Below are positions 36,480 through 45,248 of a stretch of DNA of 64,000 nt, piece after piece. This stretch comes from a virus. Within the stretch, counting starts at the first letter, position 1; each line of letters starts with the position of its first letter. The notes beneath the pieces are model-generated. The model did not search any database. It had not been told where the DNA came from and saw nothing but the letters and a program-made list of their open reading frames with translations. The position numbers were made by a program, and so were the translations under genes. Location: IMG/VR virus record IMGVR_UViG_3300027418_000370. The stretch is one strand, 5' to 3'.

Positions 36480-36874
36480 ACCCAATCGTATGTTACTTCG
36501 TCGCTAGTGTAATGTCTCTAGCATCAATCAATGGAATCGAACAAGAGAAATTTACGTTCGGTGTAAGACAAATCACAGAAGAGATCGTAGGACAGCAGGC
36601 TCCTTTATGTCCTGATGGCAGTCCTATCTATGTTGTAGTAGAAGAGATTAAAGCTCCTACTCAAGGTATTCGTGTAGGTCCTTTTGAGTTTAAACAAAAG
36701 AAAACCTATGTTACTGTTAAGGTAACTAAGGATGGTAAAGAGTCTGTAGGAGTAGGAACAGCTAAGATGAATGTAGCAGCTACTCTACTTCAACTTCAGG
36801 ATGAAAATCTTCCATTCGAACAAACAGAATTTTCTATTGCAATCAAGAAAGCTATTGTGGATGCGTTAGACTGA
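36476..36874 (+). CDS. Short paralogue of the CsgG-like protein
   Basis: GVRQITEE / GVGTA / FEQTEFSIAIKKA align with 33048-33788. Confidence 0.55.
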   Translation: MNPIVCYFVASVMSLASINGIEQEKFTFGVRQITEEIVGQQAPLCPDGSPIYVVVEEIKAPTQGIRVGPFEFKQKKTYVTVKVTKDGKESVGVGTAKMNVAATLLQLQDENLPFEQTEFSIAIKKAIVDALD

Positions 36875-36915
36875 GCCTATTTATCTGAAAGAAGTTTCAC
36901 TTAATTTGTTGTGCT

Positions 36916-37188
36916 ATGTTAAATTATATTAAAAAGAAATTTATGGCGTTTTCAGACATTTTTAAGGATGATAACTCATACAATGAAAAGAACATTGTAG
37001 GGTTTGCTTCTTTTGCAGTAATGAGTATCTTTGCTGCTGCCGATATCGTAACAGGTATCTTAGGTATGGACTTAGTAATCTCTGATACTATCTTCAACTC
37101 ATTCGTAATTATCGTATTGGGTTCATTTGGTATCGATGGTGCTACTAAGATCTTCAGCAAAGAGAATAAAGAAGAAGAACAAGGTTAA
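36916..37188 (+). CDS. 2-TM holin-like membrane protein
   Basis: Two TMs, charged C-terminus; directly upstream of endolysin. Confidence 0.55.
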   Translation: MLNYIKKKFMAFSDIFKDDNSYNEKNIVGFASFAVMSIFAAADIVTGILGMDLVISDTIFNSFVIIVLGSFGIDGATKIFSKENKEEEQG

Positions 37189-37199
37189 AATAGTTTACA

Positions 37200-38015
37200 A
37201 TGGTATTAAGAAAAGGTGACAATAACGAAACCGTAAAGAAGATCCAAAAGGTCTTAGGTGTCGAGCAAGTAGGTAACTTTGGTCCTAAGACTGAAGCTGC
37301 TGTTAAGGAATGGCAGAAGAAGAACGGACTAGCTGCCGACGGTATTGTTGGCCCTGCTACTCTAGCTAAGATGGGCATTGTAGTAGAGGCAGCACCAGTT
37401 AAAGCTCCTAACAACACTCCTACAGCTGATGCAAAGTATAGCAAAGAGAAGATCGAAGCTACTATCAAAGCAAAAGACTATCAATGGTTCGAAGGTGACT
37501 ACGTACTTAACATTGTAGGTGTTCGTAATTCAGACACAGGTACAGCCGTAACAAATGCTTTCGATGATAAGATTACTTTATCTTATATGGCTGAAGGCAA
37601 ATGGGTATACAAGGAGTGGATGAATACAACTGACCCTGGTACAAAAGGAGTTAAGGAGTATCACAACGCTGCCGGAGTAGCTAGATTAGTTCCTGGTCAA
37701 TACATCAACTCACACTTCTTAGGTAAGCACCAAGGTAAGTATGAAGCTCTTAAGCAAGGCGGTAAAGTAAAAGTATACCGTGATGCTAACAGAGATATGA
37801 ATTATGATGAGAAAGTTATCCAAGAGGGTGTATTCGGAATCAATATTCACAAGGCCGGAGCCAATTCTACTTATGTAGAGAACTGGTCTGAAGGATGTCA
37901 AGTTTTCAAAAGAGCAGCTGACTTCGAAGAGTTCATGACTATCGTGAGAGCTTCAGTAGCAAAGGGTCACACTAAGTTTACTTATACTCTAATTGAATCT
38001 AAAGACATCGCATAA
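37200..38015 (+). CDS. Endolysin: PG-binding domain plus YkuD-like (His/Cys) catalytic domain
   Basis: FGPKTEAAVKEWQ...GLAADGIVGPAT; GINIH...WSEGCQ. Confidence 0.82.
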   Translation: MVLRKGDNNETVKKIQKVLGVEQVGNFGPKTEAAVKEWQKKNGLAADGIVGPATLAKMGIVVEAAPVKAPNNTPTADAKYSKEKIEATIKAKDYQWFEGDYVLNIVGVRNSDTGTAVTNAFDDKITLSYMAEGKWVYKEWMNTTDPGTKGVKEYHNAAGVARLVPGQYINSHFLGKHQGKYEALKQGGKVKVYRDANRDMNYDEKVIQEGVFGINIHKAGANSTYVENWSEGCQVFKRAADFEEFMTIVRASVAKGHTKFTYTLIESKDIA

Positions 38016-38018
38016 GCT

Positions 38019-38432
38019 ATGAAATCGACGTCCGTGTTCCTATCGATAACTGCAACCTTAACATTCATGTGCACCTACTTTATGGAGCTCACAATGAGTA
38101 ATGCAGAGCAATACTTAGCATTAATAGCGGTTGTATTTATCGATGGGTTCTTCGGCATCGCCGCAGGCATCAAAAGAGAAGGTTTTCAAACACGAAAGGC
38201 TGTAAGAGTATTACAGAGAGCAATAACGTGGGTAGCTTTCTTAACAGTTATATTAATGGTTGAAAAAGGTTTTGAAGGAACAGGATGGTTATCAGAAACA
38301 ATCATCGTACCATTTATCATCCTCCAACTACTCAGTGCATTAAAGAACGCCTCAATGGTAGGCATCATCAAGAGCACAGACCTTAACAAGATCCTAGACA
38401 AGATCGATCTACACAAAGGAGATAGAAGTTAA
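38019..38432 (+). CDS. Holin (phage holin 4-like)
   Basis: Three TMs; ID..FG, S.LKN...G. Confidence 0.7.
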   Translation: MKSTSVFLSITATLTFMCTYFMELTMSNAEQYLALIAVVFIDGFFGIAAGIKREGFQTRKAVRVLQRAITWVAFLTVILMVEKGFEGTGWLSETIIVPFIILQLLSALKNASMVGIIKSTDLNKILDKIDLHKGDRS

Positions 38433-38487
38433 GTTGCTCGTTTAAATTATATTTCGTATCTTATAGTAAATATAATAGATACGGTAT

Positions 38488-38781
38488 ATGATACACATCC
38501 TACAGACCCTTACTGCTTTATTTGTTTTTACTATTCTAGTAGCACCTATCGTGATGCTAACCATCTTGCTATTACGAGGTACAAAAACTAAGACAGATAC
38601 TCCTAAAGTATCAATCGATCAAATTGCTCAACTAGAACAGAACGATAGTATCATTGTAGAAGATATCAATGAAGCTTTATCTGCTATTGCCGGACGCTTA
38701 GAGGCGATTGAAGAGCGTTTAGATCGAGAAGAGAACACAGTAAAAGGTTTTGCTAATAAAAAGAATCAATCAAACGATTAA
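38488..38781 (+). CDS. Membrane-anchored coiled-coil protein
   Basis: N-terminal TM plus heptad repeats. Confidence 0.65.
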   Translation: MIHILQTLTALFVFTILVAPIVMLTILLLRGTKTKTDTPKVSIDQIAQLEQNDSIIVEDINEALSAIAGRLEAIEERLDREENTVKGFANKKNQSND

Positions 38782-38788
38782 TAGTTAT

Positions 38789-39148
38789 ATGTCAGAAGAA
38801 ATAGTTAAGTACGGCCCAAGTGCTACTGAGATCCTCAAGAAAGAATATCCTACCATTTATAATGGCTATATGGCTGTCATGGAAGAGCAGCTGGAGCTAT
38901 TTAGTAAGAAACATCTTGACTACGGTATGCATAATATTACTGCTGGTACTCAGCTTAGTAATGAAGAAGAAAGGTCTTTTGCTCTTACAGGGCTTTGGTA
39001 TCGAATGAGCGATAAGATCAATCGTTGGAAGAATTTAATTATTAAGAATAGAGGAACACAAAATGAATCTCTATCAGATACCTTTCAGGACATCTGTAAC
39101 TATGCAATCATCTGCCAGCTGGTAGAGAAAGGATTGTGGAAAAAATAA
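38789..39148 (+). CDS. DUF1599/Nmad1 nucleotide-modification-associated domain protein
   Basis: KKHLDYG, RMSDKINR, ESLSDTFQDICNYAII. Confidence 0.8.
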   Translation: MSEEIVKYGPSATEILKKEYPTIYNGYMAVMEEQLELFSKKHLDYGMHNITAGTQLSNEEERSFALTGLWYRMSDKINRWKNLIIKNRGTQNESLSDTFQDICNYAIICQLVEKGLWKK

Positions 39149-39151
39149 GTT

Positions 39152-40087
39152 ATGGCTAAAAAACTCCCAAAGGAGGTTAAAGTAGTACAAGAGTATAAAG
39201 CTAGAAAAGTTGACTATAGTGTAGAGAAGAATATCTCTTTCAGTCAGATTCTACTCTATGATAGCTGTCAATACAAATGGTACCTAACTTACCCTAAGAA
39301 GTTAGCACCTTATACACCTTCCATACATACAGTCTTTGGTACTGCTCTTCACGAGACAGCACAAGAGTGGTTAGATGTATTATACAATCAAAGTGTTAAG
39401 GCTGCTACTGAGATGGACTTATCTGAGTTACTCTTAGATAGAATGAAGAAGACTTATAAGAAAGAGCGTTACAATAATGCTCATCAAGACTTCACTACTC
39501 CTGAACAGCTTCAAGAGTTTCATACTGATGGGGTACAGATATTAAACTACCTCAAGAAGAAACGAGCTATATACTTCAGTACAAAGAATACTTACCTAGC
39601 AGGTATCGAAGTACCTATCCTTCAGGAGGTAAAGCCTGGTGTACTATTCAAAGGTTTTATTGACTTAGTATTCTATAACAGCTTCACTAATAAGTATTTG
39701 ATTATCGATATCAAAACTTCTACTAGAGGCTGGAGCGATTACGAGAAGAAGGACGAAACTAAAATAGCTCAGATACTTCTATACAAAGAGTACTTCGCCC
39801 AGCAATTCAATACCGATGTAGATAATATAGACGTTGAGTACTTTATTGTTCGTAGAAAGATCTTCGAAGGAGGAGAGTTTGTACCCAAGCGAGTGCAAGA
39901 GTTTAAACCGGCCTCCGGAAAGGTTAAGCGAAAGAAGGCAATGGAGAAGGTTAATAGCTTTGTAGCAGATGCTTTTGACGATAATGGAAACTATCTTGAA
40001 AGAGAGTATCCTAAACAGCCTTCAAAGAGTAGCTGTATGTTTTGTCCTTTTAAAAATAATCCTTTGTGTAATGTAGCCATAAAGTAG
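39152..40087 (+). CDS. PD-(D/E)XK exonuclease (PDDEXK_1/Cas4-like)
   Basis: SFSQI...C, GTALH, GFIDL, IIDIKT, Q..LY, C..CPF...C. Confidence 0.88.
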   Translation: MAKKLPKEVKVVQEYKARKVDYSVEKNISFSQILLYDSCQYKWYLTYPKKLAPYTPSIHTVFGTALHETAQEWLDVLYNQSVKAATEMDLSELLLDRMKKTYKKERYNNAHQDFTTPEQLQEFHTDGVQILNYLKKKRAIYFSTKNTYLAGIEVPILQEVKPGVLFKGFIDLVFYNSFTNKYLIIDIKTSTRGWSDYEKKDETKIAQILLYKEYFAQQFNTDVDNIDVEYFIVRRKIFEGGEFVPKRVQEFKPASGKVKRKKAMEKVNSFVADAFDDNGNYLEREYPKQPSKSSCMFCPFKNNPLCNVAIK

Positions 40088-40128
40088 TCTAGGGTATATT
40101 TATATATAGATATATAATACTAAAGGCT

Positions 40129-40311
40129 ATGAGTGATAAAAAGCTAACCAGTGTAAGGGTGGAGCAAGAGTTATTTGAACAGTTTAAGATACAATGTGTA
40201 CGCCACAAATTTTCTTTTCAAAAGCTTGCCGACCGAGCAATTTTTCTCTATCTTACAGATGATAGATTCCGAGAGAAGGTACACAATCAAAATGATATAA
40301 GTATCAAATAA
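40129..40311 (+). CDS. Ribbon-helix-helix-like DNA-binding protein
   Basis: LTSVRVEQELFEQFK strand-helix-helix pattern. Confidence 0.6.
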   Translation: MSDKKLTSVRVEQELFEQFKIQCVRHKFSFQKLADRAIFLYLTDDRFREKVHNQNDISIK

Positions 40312-41757
40312 ATGAACAGTAAATTAAGTTACGTTAAAAAAGAAGATCGAAAGAAGATCCTTCTGTTATCAGATGATATGAGACTACACTCCGGCATCGC
40401 TACGATGTCCAGAGAGATAGTAATACAAACCTCACATCACTTCAACTGGGTTAACCTAGGAGGAGCAATGAACCATCCAGATGATAAGAAAGCATTTGAC
40501 CTATCGGCAGATGTTAACAAACAAGTAGGTATCGAAGACTCGTACGTTAAGCTATATGCTACGTCAGGCTACGGTACTGCTGATATTGTTAGGGAACTTA
40601 TTAGAGTAGAGAAGCCAGATGCTATTCTACACTTTACTGATCCTAGATACTGGACTTGGTTGTACGATATTGAAAGAGAGATTAGACAGACTATTCCTCT
40701 TCTCTATCTAAACATTTGGGATGATTATCCTACTCCTCTTTACAATAAGAGCTTCTACGAGTGTTGTGATCTACTGATGGGAATCTCTAAGCAGACTGTT
40801 AACATTAACAGAATGGTATTAGATGAGAAAGGGAAAGGTAAAGTTATTAAGTATGTACCTCACGGCATCAACACAGACTTCTTCTCACCAGTCACAAAAG
40901 ACTCTGACCAGTATGCTAAGTACTTAGAGTTTAGAAATAGTATCTTTGAAGGAAGAGATATTGAATTCGTTGTCTTCTGGAACTCTAGAAACATCCGACG
41001 TAAGTCACCAGGTGATGTAATTCTATCCTACAGACAGTTCTGTGATCAGATCGGACCAGAGAAAGCTAAGAAGTGTGCACTAGTAATGCATACACAAGCA
41101 GTAGATCAGAATGGTACAGACCTATATGCTGTTAGGGAAGCTATCTGTGACCCAAGCTATGTAAATGTATTCTTCTCTCAGAACAAGCTAGGAGCAGAGC
41201 AGATGAACTGGCTCTACAATATGGCTGATGTTACGATGTTGATCTCTTCTAATGAAGGATGGGGCTTATCTCTAACTGAATCAATGACTGCCGGTACTAT
41301 GATCATCGGTAACGTTACCGGAGGTATGCAAGACCAAATGAGGTTTGTAGATGAAGCAGGAGAATGGTATACACCAAACCCATCAGTACCTTCTAATCAT
41401 ATGGGCACTTATAAAGAGCATGGTGAGTGGGCAGTACCTGTATTCCCTTCTAACATCTCATTAGTAGGCTCAGTACCTACTCCATACATTCACGATGACA
41501 GATGTGACTTCAGAGATGTAGCTAATGCTATTCAAGAAGTATACGAGTTACCTAAAGAAGAAAGAGATCGTAGAGGTATGCTAGGTCATGACTGGGTACG
41601 TTCAGATGAAGCTAAGATGACAGCTGACGCTATGGGAGCTAATATCGCTCAATGTATCGAAGAGACGTTTGAAAGCTTTGTACCACGTACTACGTACGAC
41701 CTTATTAAGGTAGAGACTCTACCAGCAAGATATGTTAAACACGCAATGGTATACTAA
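40312..41757 (+). CDS. GT4 glycosyltransferase
   Basis: VPHGI, RRKS, NEGWGLSLTESM. Confidence 0.88.
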   Translation: MNSKLSYVKKEDRKKILLLSDDMRLHSGIATMSREIVIQTSHHFNWVNLGGAMNHPDDKKAFDLSADVNKQVGIEDSYVKLYATSGYGTADIVRELIRVEKPDAILHFTDPRYWTWLYDIEREIRQTIPLLYLNIWDDYPTPLYNKSFYECCDLLMGISKQTVNINRMVLDEKGKGKVIKYVPHGINTDFFSPVTKDSDQYAKYLEFRNSIFEGRDIEFVVFWNSRNIRRKSPGDVILSYRQFCDQIGPEKAKKCALVMHTQAVDQNGTDLYAVREAICDPSYVNVFFSQNKLGAEQMNWLYNMADVTMLISSNEGWGLSLTESMTAGTMIIGNVTGGMQDQMRFVDEAGEWYTPNPSVPSNHMGTYKEHGEWAVPVFPSNISLVGSVPTPYIHDDRCDFRDVANAIQEVYELPKEERDRRGMLGHDWVRSDEAKMTADAMGANIAQCIEETFESFVPRTTYDLIKVETLPARYVKHAMVY

Positions 41758-43019
41758 TGAGTAAGATAAATGTTACAATAAGCTGTCCGATTGATACGTA
41801 CAGCGGTTATGGAGCAAGAAGCAGAGACTTAGTTAAAGCTCTTTTAAAGACAGGTAAGTACGATGTAAAGATTCTAAGCCAGCGCTGGGGTAATACTCGC
41901 TTCGGTTACTTAAAGGATCATAACGAAGTAGAGCTACTATCACTCGTTATACCTAACCTTACATCAAAGCCTCAAGTATGGATACAGGTAACTGTACCTA
42001 ATGAATTCCAGCCTGTAGGTGAATATAACATCGGAGTTACTGCTGGCATTGAGACTACGATCTGTGACCCTAGCTGGATTGAAGGACTGAATAGAATGAA
42101 TCTTAATCTAGTCTCTTCTAATCATGCTAAGGAGACCTTTCAACGCTCTAAGTTTAATGTAGAAGAAGCTGGCAAAGTAAAAGGTACAGTAGAGTTGCAG
42201 AAGCCTATTGAGGTACTGCTTGAAGGAGCAGACTTAGAAAAGTACTTTGTTACTCCTTCTAACTTTAACCTATCTGGTGTCGAAGAAGACTTTGCTTTCT
42301 TATTTGTAGGACATTGGTTGCAAGGAGACTTTGCACAAGACAGAAAGAATGTTGGCTATATGATCAAAGCCTTCTTAGAAGTATTTAAGAATAAAAAGAA
42401 ACAACCAGCTCTTATTCTAAAGACTCAATCAGCTAACGCTTCCATCTTAGACAGAGATCAGATCTTAAAAAAGATAGATGAGATTAGAAGTACTGTTAGC
42501 GGTACTCTACCAAACATCTACGTACTTCATGGAGAGATGTCTGATCAAGAAGTTAACGAACTATACAACCACAAGAAGGTAAAAGCTATGGTTAGCTTTA
42601 CTAAGGGTGAAGGCTTTGGACGTCCTCTATTAGAGTTCAGTCTGGTTAACAAACCTATCATTGCCACAGGATGGTCAGGACATATTGACTTCTTAGATGG
42701 AGAATTTACTACTCTAGTAGGAGGTTCATTAACGAATGTACACCCAAGTGCCGTAGTTAAGAATATGATCTTGGCAGAGTCACAATGGTTTACTCCTGCA
42801 GATAGTGAAGCAGGATTAGCTCTACGTAACGTATTCGAAGACTATAAGAAGTATTCAGAGCTAGCTAAACGTCAAGGGTATAAGTCACGTAATAACTTTA
42901 GCTTTGATAATATGGTAGAGCAATTAGATTCAATTCTATCAAAGAGTCTCCCGGCATTTGCTCAACAGGTAGAGTTAAAACTACCAACACTTTCACTTCC
43001 TAAACTACAAAAGATTTAA
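41757..43019 (+). CDS. GT4 glycosyltransferase
   Basis: SGYG, RKN, GEGFGRPLLE, GWSGH.DF. Confidence 0.88.
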   Translation: MSKINVTISCPIDTYSGYGARSRDLVKALLKTGKYDVKILSQRWGNTRFGYLKDHNEVELLSLVIPNLTSKPQVWIQVTVPNEFQPVGEYNIGVTAGIETTICDPSWIEGLNRMNLNLVSSNHAKETFQRSKFNVEEAGKVKGTVELQKPIEVLLEGADLEKYFVTPSNFNLSGVEEDFAFLFVGHWLQGDFAQDRKNVGYMIKAFLEVFKNKKKQPALILKTQSANASILDRDQILKKIDEIRSTVSGTLPNIYVLHGEMSDQEVNELYNHKKVKAMVSFTKGEGFGRPLLEFSLVNKPIIATGWSGHIDFLDGEFTTLVGGSLTNVHPSAVVKNMILAESQWFTPADSEAGLALRNVFEDYKKYSELAKRQGYKSRNNFSFDNMVEQLDSILSKSLPAFAQQVELKLPTLSLPKLQKI

Positions 43020-43020
43020 A

Positions 43021-43458
43021 ATGGAACAGTTAACTATTTGTAAGCGCTGTGGATCGAATGCCTGCTACGAACAGCAGGTAAGTGAAGAGGTTAAAACTTG
43101 GCTCTGTATGGGCTGTGGCTTTACTACCTCAACAGTAATGACTGAAGGCTCGGAGCCTATTAAAGCTATCTTAGAATCATCTCCTGAATTGTATAAAGAT
43201 CTTATGCATACAGATGCCGATGGGTGTATCTGGGTACCTTCTACAATTACTTTACCTAATAGGGGCATGGTATTTCTAGATGGAACATCAGCAACAGATT
43301 GGAAATGGGCAGCAGTTAAAGCAGTACCGCTTCAAGAAGGCGATAAGAAGTTAAGTGAGAACCAAACTCATAGAATGGATATGCAGAACGTACAGCATTT
43401 TGCTGAACGAGACTTTATGGATGCTCTAGAGGTAATTGGCTTTTTCGAATTGTTATGA
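43021..43458 (+). CDS. Zn-finger hypothetical protein
   Basis: CKRCG...CMGCG. Confidence 0.65.
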   Translation: MEQLTICKRCGSNACYEQQVSEEVKTWLCMGCGFTTSTVMTEGSEPIKAILESSPELYKDLMHTDADGCIWVPSTITLPNRGMVFLDGTSATDWKWAAVKAVPLQEGDKKLSENQTHRMDMQNVQHFAERDFMDALEVIGFFELL

Positions 43459-44078
43459 AACTAAGCTACGCCATTACTGTCTGTAATGAACTAGAAGAAA
43501 TTAAAAGGCTAGTACCTTTCCTGAAGGAACATAAACGTCCTGAGGATGAAGTCGTTGTACTCTTTGATCAGAAGAACGGCGATAAAGAAGTTATCGACTA
43601 CCTAGTAGAGTTTAACAAGTACCCTAACATTCAAACCTGGCGAGGGTTCTTTGATAATGATTTTGCTGCTTGGAAGAATAGACTTAACGGCTACTGTACA
43701 GGTGACTTTATCTTCCAGATTGATGCTGATGAGATGCCTACAGAGTATATGATGAAGATACTTCCTCAGATTATTGAAGCTAATGATGTAGATCTAATTA
43801 GAGTACCTCGAATCAATACTGTAGAAGGACTAACAGAAGCTCATATTCAGAAATGGGGCTGGCAGGTTAACGAACAAGGCTGGGTTAATTATCCTGACTA
43901 TCAATGGCGTATCTATAGAAACGATCCTAGAATTAGATGGTGGGGTACTGTGCATGAGAAGATTCATGGACATGCTAACTTTGCTCACCTGCCAATGGAA
44001 GAGACAGAACTAGCACTAAGACATGCAAAGGCAATTGAGAGACAAGAGAAACAAAATAACTACTACGATACTTTATAA
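43455..44078 (+). CDS. GT2 glycosyltransferase
   Basis: CNE, IDADE, PDYQ.R, VHE. Confidence 0.88.
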   Translation: MKLSYAITVCNELEEIKRLVPFLKEHKRPEDEVVVLFDQKNGDKEVIDYLVEFNKYPNIQTWRGFFDNDFAAWKNRLNGYCTGDFIFQIDADEMPTEYMMKILPQIIEANDVDLIRVPRINTVEGLTEAHIQKWGWQVNEQGWVNYPDYQWRIYRNDPRIRWWGTVHEKIHGHANFAHLPMEETELALRHAKAIERQEKQNNYYDTL

Positions 44079-44497
44079 TGGAAAAGATTTATTCAAAAGT
44101 AGATCCTAATAAGCTTCTACACATCATTGTACGTAAAGAAGATCTAACACCAGGACGTGTAGAGGTTGTACCAGAAGATCATTTTATCCAATGTGCACTT
44201 CTTAATATGGAAGAAGGTAAGACCTTTAGGCCACATAGGCATATCTGGAAAGAGCGTACCCGTAATGTGATTGCTCAAGAGAGCTGGATAGTAGTACAGG
44301 GGAGTGTACGTTGTACCTTCTTTGATATAGATGATGAAGTAATTGCTGAACCTATCTTATACCCAGGTGATGCTTCCTTTACTTTAGAAGGAGGACATAC
44401 CTATACAATCCTAGAAGACAATACTCTAGTATACGAATACAAGACAGGTCCTTACGAAGGTCAGGCATTAGATAAAACATTCTTAGATGGACAATAG
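44078..44497 (+). CDS. Cupin, WbuC-like
   Basis: PHRH...E...VQG...H...EYKTGPY. Confidence 0.75.
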   Translation: MEKIYSKVDPNKLLHIIVRKEDLTPGRVEVVPEDHFIQCALLNMEEGKTFRPHRHIWKERTRNVIAQESWIVVQGSVRCTFFDIDDEVIAEPILYPGDASFTLEGGHTYTILEDNTLVYEYKTGPYEGQALDKTFLDGQ

Positions 44498-45248
44498 GTT
44501 TGTTATCATCACTACATGTTACAATGTAGAGCCGTACATTAGGATGAATATTCATATGAATAGATTCCAATCGTATAAAAATGCTCTCTTTATTTACGTT
44601 GATGATAATTCAAAAGATACTACTTATAGTACCTTAACTCATTTAGGCTTTGCTGATGATCGCTTCCTGGTCATTAAAAATAAAGATAACGGAAGTCAAG
44701 GTAAGGCATTTATGTATGCATTGAACTACTTAGAGAGTAATAACCTGATACAGGATGAAGACATTATTGTCGAAGTAGATGGAGATGATTGGCTCTCAAG
44801 TAGCTTTGTACTTCAATACCTAAATGAAGTATACCAGAACGAACACATTTGGATGACCTTTGGACAATACCAGATGTGGCCTACAGCTCAGTTAGGAGGT
44901 CACTTCCAGGCAGATATACATCCAGAAGTAGATAAGCAGAACCTACATCGTCAATATGATTTTCCTTACTCACACCTAAAGACTTATAAGTACTGGCTAC
45001 TTAATAAGATAGAGAGGGAAGACCTAATTGATCCTGCTACAGGAGAGATCTTTGCAGCAGCATGGGATCATGCTCTATGCTTACCGATGGTAGAGATGGC
45101 TGGCAAGGACCATATCTTTAGATGTCCAGAAGTACTCTATGTACTTAATCGAGACCAAGAGCTACAAAATGAAGGAAAGCTTAGGACAGCTGAGCAGAAG
45201 CAAACAGAACAGAGAATTAGAGAAGGAAAAGTATACCAGAGGTTATGA
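44487..45248 (+). CDS. GT2 glycosyltransferase
   Basis: YN, VDDNSKD, VDGDDW, SHLKT. Confidence 0.85.
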   Translation: MDNRFVIITTCYNVEPYIRMNIHMNRFQSYKNALFIYVDDNSKDTTYSTLTHLGFADDRFLVIKNKDNGSQGKAFMYALNYLESNNLIQDEDIIVEVDGDDWLSSSFVLQYLNEVYQNEHIWMTFGQYQMWPTAQLGGHFQADIHPEVDKQNLHRQYDFPYSHLKTYKYWLLNKIEREDLIDPATGEIFAAAWDHALCLPMVEMAGKDHIFRCPEVLYVLNRDQELQNEGKLRTAEQKQTEQRIREGKVYQRL

